Source: Blastocatellia bacterium (GTDB taxonomy: Bacteria; Acidobacteriota; Blastocatellia; UBA7656). Taken from it: 64,000 bases of DNA. A program made the translations under genes and the position numbers. Under the pieces are notes generated by a model. The model did no database searches, was not told where the DNA came from, and worked only from the letters and a program-made list of their open reading frames with translations. Positions 50,167 through 58,234 of this stretch are shown in pieces (the first letter of the stretch is position 1; each line of letters opens with the position of its first letter). Location of the stretch: contig CAVXWP010000006.1 in the NCBI GenBank assembly GCA_963765495.1, positions 192,001-256,000 on the forward strand, written 5' to 3'.

Positions 50167-51501
50167 GAGAGCGTCTCGGCGGGTATTTGCCTTTTGCTCG
50201 CGTTCGGCCTCTTCCGCCTGTTTGCGCCGAAGCCCTGCGCGACCGTCGTAGCGAATAAAGGCAGGCAGCAACAGCGCAAGCAGCCCCGAACCAAGCATGC
50301 ACAATGCGCCTCCCGAGACAATCGAGGCGCGCAAACCGAACAGACTCGCCACAAGCCCTGCTTCTCCGTTTCCCAGATACGGGCCCGTCAGATAGCTGAT
50401 CATCTCTATGCCTGCCAGTCGTCCGCGCAGGTGATCCGGGATGGTTTGATTCCAGATCGTCATGCGAAACAACCCGCTCACCATATCGGCCCCGCCCGCG
50501 AGCGCCAGAAAAAACAGTGCCAGCCACAGGTTGTTCATAAGTCCGAAGCAGACAATCGCCGCCCCCCAGACGGTCGCGGCAATCGTCACGGCCAGCCCGT
50601 GCTTTTGAATTCGCCCCGTCCATCCCGATGTGAGCGTCACGGCAAACGAGCCTAATGCGGGCATCGCATAAAACAATCCTACCGAGACGCCGCCAAAGCT
50701 GTCGGCCAGAACTGGAAACAGGGCTATCGGCATTCCGAAAAACATCGCGTTGATGTCAATCAGATAAGTCCCGAGCAATTCCTGGCGGCTTCGCGCATAT
50801 TTCAGCCCGTCGATTATCGAGCGCACGCTGACCGGGTCGGCATCAACCGGCACGGGGATTGAGCGGATCAATAGAAGCGTGATTATCGAAACTATGTATG
50901 TCGCCGCGTCGATTGAAAAAGCGACGGCGGCCCCGAGGCTCGCGGCGATGACTCCGGCGACCGCCGGGCCGATTATGAAGTTGAAGTTGAACCTCAAACT
51001 GCTTAGGGCCGAGACGGCGGGCAATTGCTCGGGATCGACGAGTCGCGGAGTGAGGGCTTCGAGGGCCGGGCGGTGTATCCCGTTTAGGGCGGCAAACAGG
51101 GCCGCGATCACAAAAAGCACCCACGCGTGCGGAGCGGGAAGCAGCGAATTCACGACCAGCATGCCGCAACAACCTGCAAGCCCCGCCTCCGATAAGTAGA
51201 TCAAGCGCCGCCGGTCGATATAATCCGCCAGAGCGCCGCCGATAAAGGCCGCAACCAACATCGGGATGAATTCCACTACGCCAAGCAAGCCTACATCGAG
51301 CGTGGATTTCGTCAACTGATACATCTGCCAGGGAAGGACTACGTAGCTCAGCGCCGAGCCGAATCCTGAAACAAACTGCCCGGCATAAAGCAGCCGATAA
51401 TCGCGCGAGGCTTTGAGCGGAGTCAGATCGATAGTCATGGCGCGCAAGATGGTTTGCCTGTTTTTGGTTTTTGACGGTGTGGGAGAAATCTGGTCTGTCA
51501 T
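50149..51501 (-). CDS. MFS transporter (EntS-like)
   Basis: GGALADYIDRRR, TYLIDINAMFFGMP, IPDHLRGR, about 12 TM segments. Confidence 0.92.
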   Translation of the reverse strand: MTDQISPTPSKTKNRQTILRAMTIDLTPLKASRDYRLLYAGQFVSGFGSALSYVVLPWQMYQLTKSTLDVGLLGVVEFIPMLVAAFIGGALADYIDRRRLIYLSEAGLAGCCGMLVVNSLLPAPHAWVLFVIAALFAALNGIHRPALEALTPRLVDPEQLPAVSALSSLRFNFNFIIGPAVAGVIAASLGAAVAFSIDAATYIVSIITLLLIRSIPVPVDADPVSVRSIIDGLKYARSRQELLGTYLIDINAMFFGMPIALFPVLADSFGGVSVGLFYAMPALGSFAVTLTSGWTGRIQKHGLAVTIAATVWGAAIVCFGLMNNLWLALFFLALAGGADMVSGLFRMTIWNQTIPDHLRGRLAGIEMISYLTGPYLGNGEAGLVASLFGLRASIVSGGALCMLGSGLLALLLPAFIRYDGRAGLRRKQAEEAEREQKANTRRDALLKSEI

Positions 51502-51685
51502 CGCAAAGGTAAGAACTACGACCCCCTTTCAGGTGAGAATATCGCTTTTTGCTCGCTTTTGCGAGAACTAATCTGAAATCCTCTAAATCCTGTCAAAAAA
51601 CCTATTTGCAACTTTCCTTCACGGTCAGCGTTTCTTGTGTTAAATTTGATATGCGCCCAATGAGCGAGAGCGGAGACCTATATTA

Positions 51686-52630
51686 GTGATTACAACGGCC
51701 AGTAAGCTCGAACAACTCCAATCAACAATAGAGAGTGTAATTCGTGGCAAGTCGGATGTTGTAGAGCTTGCGCTTGTCACGCTGCTGGCCGGAGGCCACC
51801 TGTTGATCGAGGATGTGCCGGGCGTTGGAAAGACCACGCTTGCGCAGACGCTTGCGCGCAGTTTCGATTGCACCTTTCAGCGTATACAATTCACATCCGA
51901 CATGCTGCCTTCCGATATCGTAGGTCTTGAGGTCTTCAATCAGCAATCGAACGAATTCGAGTTCAAGCGCGGGCCGATCTTTGCGAATGTGATTCTGGCC
52001 GACGAGATAAACCGCACCACGCCAAAGACTCAATCGGCGCTGCTTGAAGCCATGGCCGAAGGGCACATCACGGTCGAGCAGGAGACCTATCAATTGCCGC
52101 TCCCGTTTATAGTGCTCGCCACTCAAAACCCTATCGAGCATCACGGAACCTATCCGCTCCCCGAATCGCAACTCGACCGTTTTATGATGCGGCTCAGGAT
52201 GGGCTATCCCGATCAGGAGGATGAAAAAGCCATCCTGCGCCAGCAAACGCTCAACTCTCCCGTCGATCACGTCTCACCCGTAATGCACAGCGACGAGGTG
52301 CTCGCGCTGCAAAGAGAGACGCGGGAAGTCGCCTTCGATGAGGCGCTGATCGATTACCTGATCCGCATCGTGCGCTCTACACGCGACGCAGAGATACTCG
52401 ATCTCGGCGTAAGCCCGCGCGGCAGCCTTGCGCTTTATCACGCGGCGCAGGCGCTCGCCTTTATCAAGGGACGCGATTATGTGATCCCGGACGACATCAA
52501 ACAACTGGTAGTTCCTATATTCGCCCATCGCATAGTGGTCAACTCGCGGTACTCTACCGGGTTGCGCCGCTCAGACGAGGCCGAGGCCGCCCTCCAGGAA
52601 ATACTCAAAACCGTAAGCGTTCCGTTGTAG
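51686..52630 (+). CDS. MoxR family AAA+ ATPase
   Basis: EDVPGVGKT, RIQFTSD, DEINR, ATQNPIE, LPESQLDRF, GVSPRG. Confidence 0.95.
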   Translation: MITTASKLEQLQSTIESVIRGKSDVVELALVTLLAGGHLLIEDVPGVGKTTLAQTLARSFDCTFQRIQFTSDMLPSDIVGLEVFNQQSNEFEFKRGPIFANVILADEINRTTPKTQSALLEAMAEGHITVEQETYQLPLPFIVLATQNPIEHHGTYPLPESQLDRFMMRLRMGYPDQEDEKAILRQQTLNSPVDHVSPVMHSDEVLALQRETREVAFDEALIDYLIRIVRSTRDAEILDLGVSPRGSLALYHAAQALAFIKGRDYVIPDDIKQLVVPIFAHRIVVNSRYSTGLRRSDEAEAALQEILKTVSVPL

Positions 52631-52640
52631 AGGGTAGTTT

Positions 52641-54161
52641 ATGAACCGGCAGGCCTGGCGAGATTTCTTCATCACACTCTTTTTCCTCGGCATAGCCTTT
52701 ATCATAGCTCTGCTCTCTTCGATAGCGGCCGAGCAGCAACAGGGACAGATCGCGGCGCTTGCGGCGGCCATCTCGCTCGTGCTTGCGCTGCTTGGCGCGC
52801 TCTATATAATTCCGCGTCTCGCGCGCAATGTACGGCTTGAAATCCTGCGCTTCGCCGTAAGGACCACGGTGACGGTCGAAGGGTTGCTCTTTATAGTCTT
52901 TCTGGTCGTGCTGGCTTTTTCGGCCTGGAATACGGGCAACAATCTGTTGTATCTGGTGCTTTCGGCGATGCTGGCCTTTCTCGTGACGGCAAATCTTATC
53001 GCTCGAATATCGCTTGCGGATTTATCGGTACAGTTGCGTTTCCCCGATCATATATTCGCGGGCGAAGCCGCCGCGATCACCATCACGCTTATAAACCACA
53101 AACGCTTCATGCCTACATACAGCATAATGCTCGAAGCCTTGTCTGATTCGGTGGAAGAAGGCGACCGGCAGAATCCCCCTTCGAGCAGTTCAAGCCGGCG
53201 TGGGCTGGGCCGATTGACTTACTTTATGCTGGCCCCCGCGAAAGCAAGCGTCCGTCAGAGGATCGAGTACACGTTCAAGCGGCGGGGGCGTTATCCGATA
53301 ACCGGCTTTCGCATCGCCACGAAATTCCCCGCCGGATTCTTTAAGAAGTGGCGCAGGATAGACGCTACGGGTGAGATACTGGTCTATCCAAAGCCAAAGC
53401 CTCTGGACGATTTCTATCACGCGCTGCCGATGCTCGTAGGCCAGATACAGAGCCACGCGCGCGGGTCGGGGGACGACCTCTACGCCATTCGCCGTTATCA
53501 CCATTCGGACGACATGCGCCACATAGACTGGAAGGCAACGGCCAAATCGCTTCAGATGATGGTGCGCGAGCACATGCGCGAGGACGAATGGCGGCTCACA
53601 ATCGTCTTTGATACGGCGCGACCTCCCGTCTCAAAGCAGACCTCCGCGCGCGATGAGAGGACCGCTCAACCGGGCGAAGAAGAGCAGGAACCCGTTGCCC
53701 TCAACAGTTTTGAAGAGAAATTCGAGCGGGCCGTGGTAATGGCCGCCTCCCTTGCTAATCATTTCATACTTGAGCGTTCGGATGTCGAGCTTATAACACC
53801 GGGCGAAGACCGCAACGTCGCCTCCGGCTCAGGCTCCGATCATCTTTACCGAATACTGCGAGCGCTTGCCACGCTCCAGCCCAGACCCCAAACCGAGGAA
53901 GCCGAGGCCGAACAAACCGGGAAACGGAAGTGGAAGATTTTCAGTCGGGCGCGTCGCGGCTCCGGGGGCGAAGACGCAACCGCACAGGGCGTGGCAGAGG
54001 CGAACAAAGCGGCTGACCCAATCGCCTGGCGATTGCTGAATGATGTTCCGGTGCTTGCCGATGAGCGCCGGTTCAAGGTGCTGATAACATCGGCGGCCAA
54101 GGGCACGATTCCGGCCCACATCTGGCGCAGCGCCCACGTGGTCTTTATGGAAGACCTTTAA
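52641..54161 (+). CDS. DUF58 domain membrane protein
   Basis: AWNTGNNLLY, RRGRY, IRRY...DDMRHIDWKATAK, FERAV..AAS. Confidence 0.92.
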   Translation: MNRQAWRDFFITLFFLGIAFIIALLSSIAAEQQQGQIAALAAAISLVLALLGALYIIPRLARNVRLEILRFAVRTTVTVEGLLFIVFLVVLAFSAWNTGNNLLYLVLSAMLAFLVTANLIARISLADLSVQLRFPDHIFAGEAAAITITLINHKRFMPTYSIMLEALSDSVEEGDRQNPPSSSSSRRGLGRLTYFMLAPAKASVRQRIEYTFKRRGRYPITGFRIATKFPAGFFKKWRRIDATGEILVYPKPKPLDDFYHALPMLVGQIQSHARGSGDDLYAIRRYHHSDDMRHIDWKATAKSLQMMVREHMREDEWRLTIVFDTARPPVSKQTSARDERTAQPGEEEQEPVALNSFEEKFERAVVMAASLANHFILERSDVELITPGEDRNVASGSGSDHLYRILRALATLQPRPQTEEAEAEQTGKRKWKIFSRARRGSGGEDATAQGVAEANKAADPIAWRLLNDVPVLADERRFKVLITSAAKGTIPAHIWRSAHVVFMEDL

Positions 54162-54165
54162 CCGA

Positions 54166-54258
54166 ATTTTGGATTTTAGATTTTGGATTTTGGATTCAGT
54201 AGACCCGAAAATCTACAACCAAAATCTAAAATCCAAAATCCAAAATCCAAAATCTAAA
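54166..54258. repeat. Heptamer palindrome (ATTTTGG)n...(CCAAAAT)n running into the start ATG of the transglutaminase gene
   Basis: 4+ units at 54166-54196 and 5+ units at 54219-54258. Confidence 0.92.
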
Positions 54259-56648
54259 TGGGTTTAGAGACTTATTACAGAATAACGTCATACGCGCTCA
54301 TCGCCACATCGTTTACGGCGCTTGCGCTGACGGGCGAGCTCGATGCGGTTTCGGTAGTCGTCTATCCGGTCGTGCTCGTATTTTGCTTTTACGCCGACGC
54401 GCGAGGGCTTACCAGACTCAGGCTGCGCGAATGGATGTGGCGCGCTCTGGCTCTTATTTATATCCCTTTCATCTTTGTCGATGCATCGCTTCTGAGCGAC
54501 AGGATACTGGCGCTTGTTCACATGACGCTGTTTCTCTCGGGCGTGAAGCTGTTTCAAAACAAGCGCGACCGCGACTGGGTATTTCTTTACCTGATCGCCT
54601 TTTTTCAGATGCTGCTTGCCGCCGGACTCACGTTCGATACCACATTCGTAGCCTCGCTCATCGCCTTTATCTTCTTTTTTATCTCTACGCTTGCCGCCTT
54701 CGAGATACGCCGCGCAAGAAGCGAAGTCGCGTCTGTCAATAAAGATGAAGAGACTATCATCCGCACGACCAGTCGCCGGATTCAGTCGCGCTCAAAAGAA
54801 AAGCCGGGTTCATCTGTTCGAAAACCGACAGGAAGAGTTCGCTATCTGGTCGGGGCCTCGATGGCTCAGGTGGCGCTCGTGGCTCTGCTCACGCTTCCTT
54901 TCTTCTTCTTTATTCCCAGGTTCGGCGGCGGCGGGGTGGCCCGAGGCTGGGGCGAAGGCCAGTCGATGACCGGGTTTTCACAGACGGTAAATCTGGGCGA
55001 GGTGGCGCAGATCAAAGAGAGCAGCCGCGTAGTGATGCACGTACAGCTTTCAAGCCGTCCCACCCGCCCGCTTCGCTGGCACGGAATCGCGCTCGATAAT
55101 TATGACGGGCGCTCCTGGAAGGTCGCAGATTACTATGTTCGCACAAAGACTTCCGGCCAGAATTTACGCAGGGGGGGGGAGGTCTGGCAGCCTGAGGAAG
55201 ATTTCAAACGCCTGTTTATAATAAGCGATCCCCGGACAGAACGCCCGCCTCTGCTCGAGCAAAAAATCGTTCTGGAGCCGCTTAAGATCAATGTCTTGTT
55301 TGCGGCTCAACGGCTTGTCAAACTGCGCGCGGATGTGTCGAAAATCCATATCACACGCGACACTGGCGACGACCCTGCCGAAGCGAGTAACGCCGTGTTT
55401 GCCGACAGCCTCAGAGGGCGCACCTCTTACACCGCGTTTTCCGATATCAGCTCTCCGAGCGAAGAAGATTTGCGCGCCGATTCCTCAAATATCTATTCGC
55501 CCAGAATCGAGCAACTCTATTTGCAGAAACCGCTCAGGCTCGACCCGCGCATCGGTCGGCTCGCCCGCGAAATCACTCACGGCGCATCCACGCCTTACGA
55601 CAAGGCCCGAGCTATAGAGAGTTACTTGAAGAGCAATTTCGGCTACACGCTCAACCTGAAGCCTACCGAGGGCGACCCGCTCGCCGAGTTCTTATTCGAG
55701 GTTCGAGAAGGTCATTGCGAATATTTTGCCACGGCGATGGCCATAATGCTCAGAACGCTCAATATACCCGCGCGAATAGTCAACGGATTTCAGATGGGCG
55801 AGTACAATGATGTCAACGATGTCTTTACGGTGCGCGAACGCGACGCCCATTCGTGGGTAGAGGTCTATTTCCCGCAGACCGATTCGTGGGTCGAGTTCGA
55901 TCCCACGCCTGCCGCCGGAATAAACGATTATTCGCAAAACGGTATCTTTGCCGGGTTGCGGAAATATCTGGAAGCGGCAGAGATGCTCTGGCTCGATTAC
56001 GTAGTGACGCTCGACAGCGACGAGCAGGCATCATTGATGGTAGAGATTCAGCACCGACTGGTTACGGTCAAAGACCGGGTGCTGGCCTATTACACCTCGG
56101 CCAAGAACGGGATAAAAGACCTCATCGCAAGCTATTTGCTGACGGGGCATCGCTGGACTATTGGCGATGTGTTAAGGCTTGTGAGCGCGCTCGGGACTCT
56201 CCTGCTAACGCTTGTCGGAGCCTATGTGATCTTATCGTATATGAAGAGGCGGCGGCTTGCGCCTACCGGATACGGCCCGTGGTGGCACAGATTATTTATC
56301 CTTCCGACCTGGCGGCGCGCTCGTCTCACGGGACGCGATCACAGAACCTCGGCCGTGCTTTTTTACGAACAGATGCTCGCCATAAGCGCCCGCGCCGGTT
56401 TGATCAAGCAGCCCGATCAAACCCCTCGGGAGTTCGCAGCCCAATCCGACCTCGATCAGATACGCGAAATTACCGCCGTCTACAATAGGGTCCGATTCGG
56501 CGGCGCGCAGTTGACTCAGGGCGAGACCCGACATCTGGCCCTTTTGCTCGCGGAGTTGAAAAAGACCGTGCGGCGCTTGAAAAGGAGTAAGAAAAAGAAG
56601 CAAGCTCCGGGCACAAACGACCCCGCAAACCCGATGATAAGATCGTGA
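54258..56648 (+). CDS. TgpA-like membrane transglutaminase (DUF3488 + transglutaminase + DUF4129)
   Basis: N-terminal TMs, catalytic GHCEYFA, AHSWVEVY and FDPTP, C-terminal QTPREFA...RFG. Confidence 0.93.
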   Translation: MGLETYYRITSYALIATSFTALALTGELDAVSVVVYPVVLVFCFYADARGLTRLRLREWMWRALALIYIPFIFVDASLLSDRILALVHMTLFLSGVKLFQNKRDRDWVFLYLIAFFQMLLAAGLTFDTTFVASLIAFIFFFISTLAAFEIRRARSEVASVNKDEETIIRTTSRRIQSRSKEKPGSSVRKPTGRVRYLVGASMAQVALVALLTLPFFFFIPRFGGGGVARGWGEGQSMTGFSQTVNLGEVAQIKESSRVVMHVQLSSRPTRPLRWHGIALDNYDGRSWKVADYYVRTKTSGQNLRRGGEVWQPEEDFKRLFIISDPRTERPPLLEQKIVLEPLKINVLFAAQRLVKLRADVSKIHITRDTGDDPAEASNAVFADSLRGRTSYTAFSDISSPSEEDLRADSSNIYSPRIEQLYLQKPLRLDPRIGRLAREITHGASTPYDKARAIESYLKSNFGYTLNLKPTEGDPLAEFLFEVREGHCEYFATAMAIMLRTLNIPARIVNGFQMGEYNDVNDVFTVRERDAHSWVEVYFPQTDSWVEFDPTPAAGINDYSQNGIFAGLRKYLEAAEMLWLDYVVTLDSDEQASLMVEIQHRLVTVKDRVLAYYTSAKNGIKDLIASYLLTGHRWTIGDVLRLVSALGTLLLTLVGAYVILSYMKRRRLAPTGYGPWWHRLFILPTWRRARLTGRDHRTSAVLFYEQMLAISARAGLIKQPDQTPREFAAQSDLDQIREITAVYNRVRFGGAQLTQGETRHLALLLAELKKTVRRLKRSKKKKQAPGTNDPANPMIRS

Positions 56649-56763
56649 AAAGCAGATCGCATCAAGCGTCTCATCTGACACATGGACCCTTTCGGCGACT
56701 GCGATTTGACAAGCAAGCGTGGGCAGCATAGCATGCGACGGGTACGAGACATTCTGGAGGGTT

Positions 56764-57390
56764 ATGAAGATTTACGATGTAACGGTCCCGTTCTCAGACG
56801 ACATGGTAGTCTATCCCGGCGACCCACCGGTCAAGATAGAGCCTACAAGCATAATCAATAAGGATGATGCCAGGTTCAACGTCAGTCGCTACTCGTTCGG
56901 CTCACACACGGGCACACACATAGATGCGCCGTTTCACCTTATCGAAAACGGCATTACCGCAGACAATCTGCCGCTCGAACTGTTCATCGGACGCGCGCGC
57001 GTCGTCGAGATTACTTCACCACGTATTGACGAAACCGCTCTGGAGGAATTCGACTTTACGCCTGATGTGCGGGTGCTGTTTAAGACTCGCAATTCATATC
57101 TCTGGAATCAAAACGAATTCGTCGAAGACTTTGTCTACATTACCCCCGGCGCGGCCCGCGTCCTTGTCAACGAAGGCATAAAAGTCGTCGGAATAGATTA
57201 TCTTTCCGTAGAAAAATTTGGCTCCGACAACCCCGAAACCCATATGATATTGCTCGAGGCGGGCACGTTGATCGTCGAGGGGTTGAATCTGCGAGAGGTC
57301 GAGCCGGATGATTACGAGATGATCTGTTTGCCGCTCAAAGTGAAAAATGGTGACGGCGCGCCTGCCCGCGTACTGCTCCGCAAACAGTAA
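56764..57390 (+). CDS. Cyclase family / kynurenine formamidase-like metal hydrolase
   Basis: YPGDP, HTGTHIDAP, GIDYLS, VEGLNL, DGAPAR. RBS GGAGG. Confidence 0.92.
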   Translation: MKIYDVTVPFSDDMVVYPGDPPVKIEPTSIINKDDARFNVSRYSFGSHTGTHIDAPFHLIENGITADNLPLELFIGRARVVEITSPRIDETALEEFDFTPDVRVLFKTRNSYLWNQNEFVEDFVYITPGAARVLVNEGIKVVGIDYLSVEKFGSDNPETHMILLEAGTLIVEGLNLREVEPDDYEMICLPLKVKNGDGAPARVLLRKQ

Positions 57391-57465
57391 ATTTTGCCCG
57401 GTAAAGTTTTGCCCCGTCAGGCAGTCTGAAGGCCTGCAAATCTATAGAGGGCGCTTCCAACCAAA

Positions 57466-58107
57466 ATGAACGAAGCGGATTTAATCAAGCTGGCAGGCGA
57501 GCAAAAAGTCTTCGCGGTCGCGCGCGCGCATTCGGCGGAATCTGCGTTGCGCGCTGCGGAAGCGGCCATAATAGGCGGCATAAAACTGATCGAGGTAGCC
57601 CTTGTCACGCCAGGCAGTTTTCGGGTCATATCGGATTTGCGCCGCCAGTACGGCGACCGGGCGACGGTAGGCGCAGGCTATGTCATGACGTATGACCAGA
57701 TAGACCGCGCGGTAAAGAGCGGGGCGCAGTTTATAAGCATGCCGCACACACTGACTACGATGATCGAAGTCTGCCGCCGTTATCGCGTACCCGCCATAAT
57801 CGGCGCGCTCACACCCACCGAAATCGCTACGGCAACCGCCTACAGCGTGCCGTTTATCACGGTCTTTCCCGTCTCTGCTATGGGCGGCCCCGATTATTTC
57901 GGCAAGTTGACATCGCGAATGCCGAACGTGCGGCTTGTGGCTTCGGGCGGAGTCGAACTGGAAAATATCTCTGAATACATGAAAGCAGGCGCGTTTGCCG
58001 TCACGGTCGGCAGCAGCCTGTTTACGCCGGGCGACATACAGAACGAAAACTATGTAGCTATAGCCGAACGCGCTCGCGCGATGCTGCATCTGGCAGGCGT
58101 CATTTAA
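57466..58107 (+). CDS. KDPG/KHG aldolase (Eda)-like protein lacking the catalytic lysine
   Basis: GGIKLIEV, VGAG, GAQF, GALTPTEI, GGV. FITVFP stands in place of xxKxFP. Confidence 0.85.
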   Translation: MNEADLIKLAGEQKVFAVARAHSAESALRAAEAAIIGGIKLIEVALVTPGSFRVISDLRRQYGDRATVGAGYVMTYDQIDRAVKSGAQFISMPHTLTTMIEVCRRYRVPAIIGALTPTEIATATAYSVPFITVFPVSAMGGPDYFGKLTSRMPNVRLVASGGVELENISEYMKAGAFAVTVGSSLFTPGDIQNENYVAIAERARAMLHLAGVI

Positions 58108-58180
58108 CGCCCGTTTTTCAAGTTCTGGTCTGTAACGATTTCATAAATTCTCAAACTTTGTACTTGACTACCTGAAGAAA

Positions 58181-58206
58181 GGCCGGAGACGTTGGCGCTC
58201 CGGCCC
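58181..58206. terminator. Hairpin between convergent genes
   Basis: GGCCGGAG-ACGTTGGCG-CTCCGGCC with A/T-rich flanks. Confidence 0.55.
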
Positions 58207-58234
58207 TTAGGATTTTCACTGATCTGTTGTTCCT

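Noticed and set aside
2435-54258. Repeat-spacer-repeat elements as CRISPR or mini-CRISPR arrays
   Set aside because: Arms are inverted arrays of 7-10-mers, not 23-47-nt direct repeats with unique spacers, and no cas genes are present.
51686-56648. MoxR-DUF58-transglutaminase operon as a new system
   Set aside because: Widespread, already described gene arrangement with intact canonical motifs.
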